NCBI GenBank assembly: GCA_044359815.1
Contig: JBIKLL010000001.1
Coordinates: forward strand, 81,481-145,480
DNA length: 64,000 nt
Origin: Pseudobdellovibrionaceae bacterium
GTDB taxonomy: Bacteria; Bdellovibrionota; Bdellovibrionia; Bdellovibrionales; Bdellovibrionaceae
Direction of reading: 5' to 3'
Positions 9,944 through 18,205 of this stretch are shown piece after piece. The notes beneath the pieces are model-generated. The model had not been told where the DNA came from. It ran no database searches and saw only the letters and a program-made list of their open reading frames with translations. Position 1 is the stretch's first letter. Each line of letters begins with the position of its first letter. The translations under genes were made by a program, and so were the position numbers.

Positions 9944-10632
9944 TGTTAGCATTCTTTGTAAATCGAATATTTTTAGCTGCGTTTTTCCTGACAACAGTGC
10001 GGTTCATATTTGCAGGCTGCCTGATTGCTTTTAACCACTTAGGCTGGCTGACCGTAAACCAAGTCCCCATAGAAGAGCTTAAAGAACCTTTTTTTCACAT
10101 TATGTTTATGGGATTTAGGTTTGATTTAGTTGTCGTTGGTTTTGCTTTTTCGGTGATTTGGCTTTTGTGGAATCCCGTTTTTATGGAATTTTTAAGGTCG
10201 TCAATTTTTTCGCTCACTAATTTAATTTTTTCTTTCTTAGTGGGATTTATGGCTATTTTGTATGTTATCGGATTCACCTTTTTAATTCGGTATGGTTTTC
10301 ACCCGCGAGAAGTGCTTTCGGCGAACACTTGGAATCACTTTTTTTATATTTCTGATTTTAATCCAATACAAATTACCAGTTTCATTTTGGTTGGTTTGAT
10401 TTTAATGGCAGCTGCGACATGGTATTCAAATGGCGGTTGGTATTCTGATGAATACGTAGACGTGCATTTTGGAAATTGGATAATCACTGGCATCGTTTTG
10501 TTTGTCTGCGCCCGTGGCACTATTGGCACCCATCATCTGAGGCGCGAAGATTGCGAACTGACACAATCTAAAACAATCACAGAATTTTGTCTGAATCCAA
10601 TTTGGACCTATGATAAACCCATAAATCCCTAA
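9943..10632 (+). CDS. Multi-pass membrane protein resembling the N-terminal membrane domain of LTA-synthase/sulfatase-family proteins, without the catalytic domain
   Basis: About 5 TM segments, GFRFDL motif, ARGTIG..HL and LNP motifs, then stop. Confidence 0.55.
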   Translation: MLAFFVNRIFLAAFFLTTVRFIFAGCLIAFNHLGWLTVNQVPIEELKEPFFHIMFMGFRFDLVVVGFAFSVIWLLWNPVFMEFLRSSIFSLTNLIFSFLVGFMAILYVIGFTFLIRYGFHPREVLSANTWNHFFYISDFNPIQITSFILVGLILMAAATWYSNGGWYSDEYVDVHFGNWIITGIVLFVCARGTIGTHHLRREDCELTQSKTITEFCLNPIWTYDKPINP

Positions 10633-10641
10633 GGAGGCAGC

Positions 10642-11349
10642 ATGATTTTTGAAGCTCTTTTTAAAGGATTTGTAGATGTGTTTCACCCAAAAATGCTTAA
10701 AAATCTTTTTTTATTTAGCATTATTATGGTGGTCTTTTGGATTTTGACCAGTTGGTTTGCCAGCTCACAGATTGTTGATTTGCTGCAATGGCTTTCCCAG
10801 TATTTCACACGGTTTGAAAAGGAGCTGAATGAAGCCACACTGATGATTTCTGAAAATCAATGGGGGCTCAAGTTTGTAGCATTTTTTGTGCTGGGATTGA
10901 TTCTGTCACCTGTGATCTGGCTACTTTCAACCATCGTATTTTCTGTGCTTTTAGTGCAGTGGTCAGTCAGTTTTTTGAAGAAGACTCATTATCCAGATAT
11001 CCCTGCATCTGCATCGCTGATTCAGCTCAGGTTGCTAAGAGCCAATTTGTACTACTTTGTTTTGCTGATTTTATTTTCACCGCTGTTTTTATTGCTGTAT
11101 TTCTTCCCGCCTTTAGGCCCTCTGGTCGTAGCTGCCTGGAGCTCCTTTGTAACCGCAAAATTATTGGGTCAAGAAATGGAAATTGAAATGTTTGGCAGTG
11201 ACCAAAAAAAACTGTTCAGTGACAAATTCACATCCCTGTTTTTTGTTTCATTTTTTATTTCTTTGGCAAGCCACATACCATTTGTGATTTTGATTGCACC
11301 ACTTTGGCTCGCATTGTCGATTGGACATATCTTAAAAAAAGCATCTTAG
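10642..11349 (+). CDS. EI24/CysZ-like membrane protein
   Basis: Four hydrophobic helices, FLKKTHYP and SHIPFVILIAPL motifs; SD AAGGAGG. Confidence 0.6.
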   Translation: MIFEALFKGFVDVFHPKMLKNLFLFSIIMVVFWILTSWFASSQIVDLLQWLSQYFTRFEKELNEATLMISENQWGLKFVAFFVLGLILSPVIWLLSTIVFSVLLVQWSVSFLKKTHYPDIPASASLIQLRLLRANLYYFVLLILFSPLFLLLYFFPPLGPLVVAAWSSFVTAKLLGQEMEIEMFGSDQKKLFSDKFTSLFFVSFFISLASHIPFVILIAPLWLALSIGHILKKAS

Positions 11350-11840
11350 GATTTTTTGATTCTTTGCTTTACCGATAAATGCAGCTGAAATTCGGCAACC
11401 TTTTCAGTCATGCTTTTGCTGGGAACGATAGCATAAGAATGAAACAGTTTGGTTTCCCGTTGTTTGGTGTTGATGCAAAGATCGATCAGCTCCTCAACCC
11501 CTTGACCCTGTTCGCAAACAAAATAAACATCACCTTCTGCTCGCTTTAAAAACTGCGCTTGAAAATCCTTGAACAGAAAATCAACCTTGAGTTTTCTTCT
11601 TTGAATGATTTCGACAGCCTTAAAAGCAACACACAGCTCACCACCAATACACAATGCTCCAAAATACATCGCATTGAGATGGTTTTTAGTCTTTCTGGAT
11701 AATGGAATCTTGATGATGGTTTTATCTGGCCCCAGTTCAATCACTGAAGGCTGAACCCACCAAATCAATGGCAGCTTCAAAAAAGTAAAAAATCGTAAAA
11801 AGGCTGTGGCTTTTAAACTGTCAAAATTAAATAAACTCAT
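11346..11840 (-). CDS. Hot-dog fold thioesterase-like protein (DUF4442/PaaI-like)
   Basis: IKIPLSRKTKNHLNAMYFGALCIGGE, FLKRAEGDVYFVC. Confidence 0.8.
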   Translation of the reverse strand: MSLFNFDSLKATAFLRFFTFLKLPLIWWVQPSVIELGPDKTIIKIPLSRKTKNHLNAMYFGALCIGGELCVAFKAVEIIQRRKLKVDFLFKDFQAQFLKRAEGDVYFVCEQGQGVEELIDLCINTKQRETKLFHSYAIVPSKSMTEKVAEFQLHLSVKQRIKKS

Positions 11841-11989
11841 AGAACAAATCTAAATCTGTAAATCCGTTTTGACCAGCATAAAAAAGCCGGGTCCTGCATC
11901 AGCGTCAATAAAACTTTAACTGGCCAGCTTCGCCTTCGATTAATTTAAATTTTAAAAAACAAGATTCACTTCTTAATTTGATGTTTATC

Positions 11990-12020
11990 AAAAAAATCGG
12001 CGGACCTAAGCCCGCCGATT
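11990..12020 (-). terminator. Intrinsic terminator after the 12075-13088 gene
   Basis: Minus strand AATCGGCGG-GCTTAGGT-CCGCCGATT followed by a T run. Confidence 0.8.
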
Positions 12021-12074
12021 CTACTCTTATGATAAAGAGTGTTGAATTGCCATCTCCCCATATCTAAATACTAA

Positions 12075-13088
12075 TTATTTAGATGTCCCTCTTTTTTCAC
12101 GTCTTGCAGACTCATGAGATACTTTTGCAGCAGCTCTAAGTCCTAAAGTCGTCGTGTCTGCGCCCCCTGAAACCCATGTTTTTCTGACCTCTGGTCCAAA
12201 CATTAGGTATTTTCCGACTTGGAATTTATAGGCCAAGCCAAGCTCTTTTGCGTTGTTATCAATCAATTGATAATCAACAACAACTGTACCAGCTGAAACT
12301 TTCATACTGGCTCCCACTTGAGCAGCGTATTCTGAATTTGGATGAGCAGGATTGTTTTTAAATTTAATCCCCTGTGCCCAAATTTCGTACCCACCCTCAG
12401 TGTTTGAATACACTAAACCAAGGCTGTATCTTTTTTCATTATCAGAACTGCCAGCAGTTTCTTGAGTCATTGCCGACATCTGAGCTTTAAGTTCCTTGGT
12501 AATTTTAGCTGTGACCTTTACTGACAAACCTTTTTCATCAGCAATGTCAAAATCATCAGCTCCGTTTTCATAGACACTCAAGGCAACTTGCTCGATCACG
12601 TCTAAAACATTCACTGGAACTAAAAATGTCAGACCGATTTTATATTTATTTTCGGCGACACCATTTCCGTACAGCAAACTGTCTTCGGGAATAGCTAATT
12701 GATCAATGCGTTGACCAAAAGCCATTCTCTGTTTACCCGCAATCATCACGACTCTGGTTGTACCCAAAGCTTCACCCAATTCATATCGAACACTTAGGTC
12801 CTCAACGATTTGAGCAATTTCAAGACGGGTCAAATCTTGTGATTCTCCGTCTTTCACCAGCAACTGCGTTGCTTTTATTTTTGCATACAGTTCTAGCCCT
12901 TTAGCTAAAACCATATTGAACTTCACTATAGCTCGCCCACGAACATTCAGTTCGTAGTCGTTAGCGCTCTTGCCAGTCATATCCATTTGAACTGTAGCAT
13001 CTACTTTGCGATCCCATGGCGCATTTTGCGCGATGGCTGTTGTTGTTAATCCTGTTAACAACAATGATGTTAGAATGTGTTTTGTCAC
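12075..13088 (-). CDS. Putative outer-membrane porin-like beta-barrel
   Basis: Signal peptide ending AIA; alternating amphipathic strands throughout; GTG start with SD AAGGGG. Confidence 0.55.
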   Translation of the reverse strand: MTKHILTSLLLTGLTTTAIAQNAPWDRKVDATVQMDMTGKSANDYELNVRGRAIVKFNMVLAKGLELYAKIKATQLLVKDGESQDLTRLEIAQIVEDLSVRYELGEALGTTRVVMIAGKQRMAFGQRIDQLAIPEDSLLYGNGVAENKYKIGLTFLVPVNVLDVIEQVALSVYENGADDFDIADEKGLSVKVTAKITKELKAQMSAMTQETAGSSDNEKRYSLGLVYSNTEGGYEIWAQGIKFKNNPAHPNSEYAAQVGASMKVSAGTVVVDYQLIDNNAKELGLAYKFQVGKYLMFGPEVRKTWVSGGADTTTLGLRAAAKVSHESARREKRGTSK

Positions 13089-13421
13089 ATTTTCCCCCTT
13101 AGGTTGGTTAGTGGTTTTATTTTCCCCATCACGAAATCAATTTTCGTGTTTTTCCCAGCATTACAATTACAGTGCCAAGTTTCAGCACCTGTTGATTTTG
13201 ATTTGAAGCTGTTTTTCAAAACTCACCGGGAATTTTTTGCTTTTCAAAAAAGCGCAGAAAGTCACCTGCGACCAGATTTGCTGAAGGATTTCAGGAACTT
13301 CTTTTTTTTACGCGACTGTGTACCAATTTTTGACACTTGATAAATCTTTACATTTTAAACTTTCATTCATTTTTATTTTTCCGTGATGGTGGCAGTATCC
13401 AAAAAATGTTTGGGGGGAAAC

Positions 13422-14432
13422 ATGAGAATAAATAAACATTTTGTTTTTGTTTTTTGCTTAGCCATTTCTTACTCGGCCTCAGCATTGGATTTATCCTGGA
13501 GTCACAATGGCTCTAAAATGCCCACTGATTTAATTAATCAATTACTTAAACATCAAGACCTAACGGTGCTGGACAATTACTTTGGAGTTGTTGATTGCTC
13601 CGTTGAGGACTTTCAGTATGATACTGAGCTTTCCATCCAACAAAAATTAGCCTTGATAGATAAAGCACAAAACCGAGAAAGTTTTTGCGAGGCCGCTCAA
13701 GCCTATTATTCACTGACAACGGAATTTTTGCCTCACAACATTTATGGGTACGTTGGATCGATTATCAATCTGATTTTGGCCAGGGACTATGTCTCGGCCA
13801 CTGACACAGCCAACGAATTTTTATCACGCCACAATCACAGTCAAAATGAACAATCCGTCAGAGTTTTGCTGCTGATTGCGGCCTATCACAGATCTTTGGA
13901 TGAAGGCATTCAATTTAACCAAGTCAAAACAGCTGACTTTTTAGGTCTGCATGCAGACCAAGTTCCCAAAAAAGAGCTTTCATACAATCTGAGCGTTCGC
14001 AGTTATTTGGAATTATTTCCAAAGGGGCAATACATAGAACTGGTTAATAAAATGCAAAAAAACGCTCGCATACAATATTGCCGTCATCAACTGAATGTGG
14101 CCTCCTATCGAATTCAGCGAAATGACTATGTTGCAGCCATCGAAGTCCTAGATCCCGTACTGAAAAATTACGGCTATTTGACTGAAATTTTGCCTGAAGC
14201 TCTTTATCTGGAGGTTGCTGCGCAATCTGGGCTGTCTAAAGCGGTTTTGCATACGGATTCAATTGAAGACACAAAAATCTGGATGTGGACCGGCCAGGAA
14301 CCTGGTTCGCCGATAGATAGAAAGAAAATTTCACTATCAGCTTGGGAAAGCGCCACTGATTTTGCAAAATCATTGAAAGCAAAATTTCCTGCAAGCTCGT
14401 GGAATAAAAAAGCCCAAGATTTATTGAAATAA
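13422..14432 (+). CDS. Divergent BamD-like TPR protein
   Basis: ANEFLSRHNHS, YLELFPKGQY, HQLNVASYRIQRNDYVAA, PEALY and LKAKFPASSW follow the BamD pattern; ATG at 13422 after GGGGGA; signal peptide ASA without lipobox. Confidence 0.55.
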   Translation: MRINKHFVFVFCLAISYSASALDLSWSHNGSKMPTDLINQLLKHQDLTVLDNYFGVVDCSVEDFQYDTELSIQQKLALIDKAQNRESFCEAAQAYYSLTTEFLPHNIYGYVGSIINLILARDYVSATDTANEFLSRHNHSQNEQSVRVLLLIAAYHRSLDEGIQFNQVKTADFLGLHADQVPKKELSYNLSVRSYLELFPKGQYIELVNKMQKNARIQYCRHQLNVASYRIQRNDYVAAIEVLDPVLKNYGYLTEILPEALYLEVAAQSGLSKAVLHTDSIEDTKIWMWTGQEPGSPIDRKKISLSAWESATDFAKSLKAKFPASSWNKKAQDLLK

Positions 14433-14464
14433 ATTTTGTACCCAACAATATTCTGGAAGATTCC

Positions 14465-14486
14465 ATGACAGACTGTTTGCTGTCAT
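14465..14486. promoter_or_regulatory. Inverted repeat ATGACAG-N8-CTGTCAT upstream of the DUF4956-VTC operon, candidate operator
   Basis: Perfect 7-bp inverted repeat 55 bp before the start codon at 14542. Confidence 0.35.
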
Positions 14487-14541
14487 TGGGCTTTTATGCT
14501 ACGCCCTGTGTTGAAGCTAGTTTCGATGATTAGGGGGATCG

Positions 14542-15225
14542 ATGTTAGATTTTTCTGTATTGAACTCAACCATGTCCAATCCAACCTTGTTTTCTGTGAT
14601 TTACGCGTTTTTATTGTCTTTCGTACTGGGCACTGTCGTTGCTGTCGTTTACGTCATGACTTTTCAGGGACTGAGTTATTCCAGAAATTTTTTGCATGTT
14701 TTGGTTCTTTGCCCAATTGTGGTTGCTATAGCTATGCAAGCAATCGGCGATAATGTGGCCAGAGGAATCGGCATGATTGGCGCCATATCCTTACTGAGAT
14801 TCAGAACCAGCATCAAGGACCCCAGAGACACATTTTTTATTTTTGCATCATTAGCAGCAGGACTTTCCAGTGGTGTGCATGCTTATTCAATTGCTGTGAT
14901 GGGCACTATATGTTTTTCGATTGCGGTGTTTATACTTTCAAAGTCATCATTTGCATCCGGGCCACAGTTTGACGGATTGCTCAGATTTAATATTGAGACT
15001 AAGGCCGAAGAACAGCGTAGAATCGAGAATATCATTGAAAAAACCTGTAAGAATTTTGCCCTGGTTTCTATCAGGGAAATGTCACAGGGCGGCCGTTTGG
15101 ATTTTGCCTATCAAGTAAAATTAAAAAAAGGTTTTAAAACTAACGACATCGTCACTGAAATTGGCAAAATGGAAAACGTAAGAGGCCTAAATCTGACGAT
15201 GCAAGAATCAATCATCGAGGTTTAA
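14542..15225 (+). CDS. DUF4956 family membrane protein
   Basis: YSRNFLHVLVL...IGDNVARGIGMIGAISLLRFRTSIKDPRDTFFIF..LAAGL signature; TM region plus small soluble ACT-like C-terminus. Confidence 0.9.
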   Translation: MLDFSVLNSTMSNPTLFSVIYAFLLSFVLGTVVAVVYVMTFQGLSYSRNFLHVLVLCPIVVAIAMQAIGDNVARGIGMIGAISLLRFRTSIKDPRDTFFIFASLAAGLSSGVHAYSIAVMGTICFSIAVFILSKSSFASGPQFDGLLRFNIETKAEEQRRIENIIEKTCKNFALVSIREMSQGGRLDFAYQVKLKKGFKTNDIVTEIGKMENVRGLNLTMQESIIEV

Positions 15226-16989
15226 ATGGATTTAATTAAAAAACTAAAAACTGTGCTTAGGGAAGAAATTTTTGAAAACAACAATCAGGTTTTATTTTTT
15301 TCTTGGATAGGTGCGATTTGTTTAGTGCTAACAATAGGACTTTACCTGGGCACCCAAACTAAAAGCTTTCTGGGAGTGGCCGAATCCAGAGAATCCCACA
15401 TTAATTTTGAAAACCCCGTAGAAATCCGAGCCGTCCACGTCATACCTGGAAAAACTGTCAAAAAAGGCGAACTGCTGATCGAGGTCAATCAAACCGATAT
15501 CAATCAACGATTGCGAGAAGCAAATGATTCTCTTCAAAAACTAGAAGTTGATTTCAAACTGCGTGAAAAATTAAATTCAATCATTCAATCTGAAAACCAA
15601 TCTGAAAATGACCCATTGGTACTGCAGCTCAAACAACTGAAGAAAGAAATTGCCTATCTGGAAGCTCAGAAAAGAAATCTTTATGTTTTTGCAGAGGTTG
15701 ACGGCGTTGTTGGTGCTGTGAACTTTAAAAAAGGCGAACGCGTCCCTGCCTTTTCACCCATTTTAACACTATCACCCATTCACCCAAGCTTTGTGCAAGG
15801 TTATGTGAATGAAAACATTCACACACAAATTCAAGTGGGCCAACAGGTGAAGGTGGACTCGGTGGCGACTGGAGATCAAGCTGACGGAACCATTGTCAGC
15901 GTAGGTTCAAGGATAGTAAATATTCCGGCAAGGCTCTTACATAACCCCAACATCGTTAGCTGGGGACGAGAAATCACAGTCTCACTGGATAACAGTGGCA
16001 AATTTTTGTTGGGAGAAAAAGTACAAATAAAGCCCTTTTGGGCAATCCTAAAAATGTCATCGGCCATTGCGGAAACTCAGCCACCCTCCAGCAAAAAGCC
16101 ATCCGCTCAAGATCCAGCCAAATTGGAAATTTCGGAAAGCATTTTAGACCACATGGCCGTCGAACCTTCAGGTTTAGTGTACTTAGCCGACCTGAAAAAA
16201 TATTTAGTTATTTCAGATGAAAGCAGATCCCTGCTGCTAATGTCTGAAGAAGGCGTTATTGATGACACCTTCAATGCCATGGGCCTAGAGGATGTCGATG
16301 ACCTTGAGTCAGTTTCCGTTGATGGTGATTTGGTTTATTTATTGTCCTCAATGAGCAATTCTAAAAAAGGCAAAGCCGTTAAAAATCGTGAATATCTTGT
16401 GGTGTTGGAGCGACAAGGCCTGGACTTTAAATTAAAATATAAAATGAACTTCAAAAAAGCTTTATTGAAAGCTTTCAAAAATTCTCAAATGTCTGAACTG
16501 CAAGAAATTGAAAACACTGTAGTGAATTCTGATGCCAAACCTGATGATCTGGAAATTGAAGCGCACTTTGTAAACAACAACAAAATGTTTATGATTTTGA
16601 AAAAGCCAAAAATGAAAAACAACCAGGTCAGTGTTATAATCATTAATGATCTGCAGAAAACTTTATTGACTAAAATAATCGAGCCTCAGCAGATTAAAGT
16701 ATGGCAGAATTTAGTTTTCCCAGAAAATTTACCTTACGATAATTTCGCAGTCTCTGATATGGCACTGGTGGGCCCAGATATTTATCTGACCACATCATGC
16801 TCTAAGGAACTGTGCAGTGCAGTTTGGAAATACTCAGCTGCCTCAAAAGGTCGATCATTGGAATTAATCAGATCATTTAACAGCGGAAAACTGGAAGGTC
16901 TGTCAAAGACTGCTTCAGAATCCGAGCTGATGGGAGTCTTTGATGATGATGGCAGAAACCCCAGATATGTTAAAATCAGTATTCAATAA
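15226..16989 (+). CDS. HlyD-family membrane fusion protein fused to a C-terminal repeat domain (DUF3616/SdiA-regulated/phytase-like beta-propeller)
   Basis: N-terminal TM, lipoyl half-motifs VHVIPGKTVKKGELL and VFAEVDGVVGAVNFKKGERV around a coiled coil, GQQVKV barrel. C-terminal EPSG...ISDE, DLESV...LLSSMS..KKGK, LEIEA, KLEGL motifs. Confidence 0.8.
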   Translation: MDLIKKLKTVLREEIFENNNQVLFFSWIGAICLVLTIGLYLGTQTKSFLGVAESRESHINFENPVEIRAVHVIPGKTVKKGELLIEVNQTDINQRLREANDSLQKLEVDFKLREKLNSIIQSENQSENDPLVLQLKQLKKEIAYLEAQKRNLYVFAEVDGVVGAVNFKKGERVPAFSPILTLSPIHPSFVQGYVNENIHTQIQVGQQVKVDSVATGDQADGTIVSVGSRIVNIPARLLHNPNIVSWGREITVSLDNSGKFLLGEKVQIKPFWAILKMSSAIAETQPPSSKKPSAQDPAKLEISESILDHMAVEPSGLVYLADLKKYLVISDESRSLLLMSEEGVIDDTFNAMGLEDVDDLESVSVDGDLVYLLSSMSNSKKGKAVKNREYLVVLERQGLDFKLKYKMNFKKALLKAFKNSQMSELQEIENTVVNSDAKPDDLEIEAHFVNNNKMFMILKKPKMKNNQVSVIIINDLQKTLLTKIIEPQQIKVWQNLVFPENLPYDNFAVSDMALVGPDIYLTTSCSKELCSAVWKYSAASKGRSLELIRSFNSGKLEGLSKTASESELMGVFDDDGRNPRYVKISIQ

Positions 16990-18205
16990 GCTGCAAACCC
17001 TTGGGTGCTTTTTTTCTGTTTTGACAGGCACCTTAGCTGCACAAACAACATCTGCACAATCGACCAGTCGTTTGCTGAACCAAATGGAAAAGTCGTTTTA
17101 CCAAAAACAAATTGAATCCACACTGAATAGCTCTGGCTGGTCTCCGTTTCTGGCCGTGGAATTAACTGTCGGCACTGAGGATTCAATTAAAAAAGACAAA
17201 AACGACGAGCAGTTCAAACAAAACTCAAGTAGCCTGGGATTAAAGTTTAAGCCCAAATCATTAGATGAGCTGCGAATAGAAAAATCTGAAAGACTAACTA
17301 CCATCGAAAACATTAAGCACTATTCTGAGGGACAAAAGGTATTGTCAGCCCACTTGGCTGCGCTGGATTTTTGGTTCTTGCTAAAAAAGAGTCAGCAAAT
17401 TCAAGAAATGATTGCCTTGGGCGACAAACACTCAAAATCCCATATTTTTTCGGCCAGTGTTGGAAAATCAGACATAAACAAAATTATGAATTCCAAATTA
17501 GCATGGGTCCGGTTAAAAAATGAAGCCACTGAACTGAACCAAATCCGCCAATCAAAGCTGGAACAGTTCAAATCCTTGGATCCTGAGTTTTCAGAAAAAG
17601 ATTTTTTAAAAGATCCCTTTATTGACGTTTTGTACATCGACAATCAGTTAAAAAACATTTCTGACTCAGAAATCACTGTATCCAGTCAGTTTAGAGCCTC
17701 TCAATTACAAAATGAACAGACCCGATTCGCCATCGAACAGGCACGAAGCCAAGCCCTGATTAACAATTTTGAAATTGCCAGAACCCAACACCCAAACGGT
17801 GAATCTGATTTGGAATTTAAGGTAACTTTGAATCTGCCATTTTTTGCCAGTGATTCCCAGCAAACAGCGAAAGTCCTTTCTCAAATCAGTAAAATTCAAA
17901 CAGGTTCACTGGCCACTGGCTCTCAGCAATCAGGAACAAAGGTTCTGAGGGTCCATGTTCAGTCTTTGATTGAAAATTACTATTCGCTAAGCAAGTTTTT
18001 AACAAATCCTAATTTTCAAAAGCTTTTTCAATCTTCCGACCCTCAGGTGACTATAGAAAATCTGACTGAAATGTCTAAAATAAAAATCGAAACAAATGAC
18101 TTGGAAAAACAAATTATAGGTTCGTATTTTCAACTGCTGTTTGAATCTGGAAAAATGGCTTCAGGCAGTAATTTTTTGATAAAATCAGATAAGGTGATTA
18201 AATGA
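16967..18205 (+). CDS. Exported helical protein, putative divergent TolC-like outer-membrane factor
   Basis: Signal-like N-terminus (start taken at ATG 16967), about 410 aa, long coiled coils with two short beta hairpins (SSLGLKFKP; LEFKVTLNLPFF); follows a HlyD gene. Family call is tentative. Confidence 0.45.
   Translation: MLKSVFNKLQTLGCFFSVLTGTLAAQTTSAQSTSRLLNQMEKSFYQKQIESTLNSSGWSPFLAVELTVGTEDSIKKDKNDEQFKQNSSSLGLKFKPKSLDELRIEKSERLTTIENIKHYSEGQKVLSAHLAALDFWFLLKKSQQIQEMIALGDKHSKSHIFSASVGKSDINKIMNSKLAWVRLKNEATELNQIRQSKLEQFKSLDPEFSEKDFLKDPFIDVLYIDNQLKNISDSEITVSSQFRASQLQNEQTRFAIEQARSQALINNFEIARTQHPNGESDLEFKVTLNLPFFASDSQQTAKVLSQISKIQTGSLATGSQQSGTKVLRVHVQSLIENYYSLSKFLTNPNFQKLFQSSDPQVTIENLTEMSKIKIETNDLEKQIIGSYFQLLFESGKMASGSNFLIKSDKVIK

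Noticed and set aside
9755..10034. Three short ORFs around 9755-10034
   Set aside because: They overlap the tRNA-Leu gene and have no protein-like features.
13006..13340. Short plus-strand ORFs in the divergent promoter region
   Set aside because: Low-information sequences without SD, overlapping the start of the porin-like gene.
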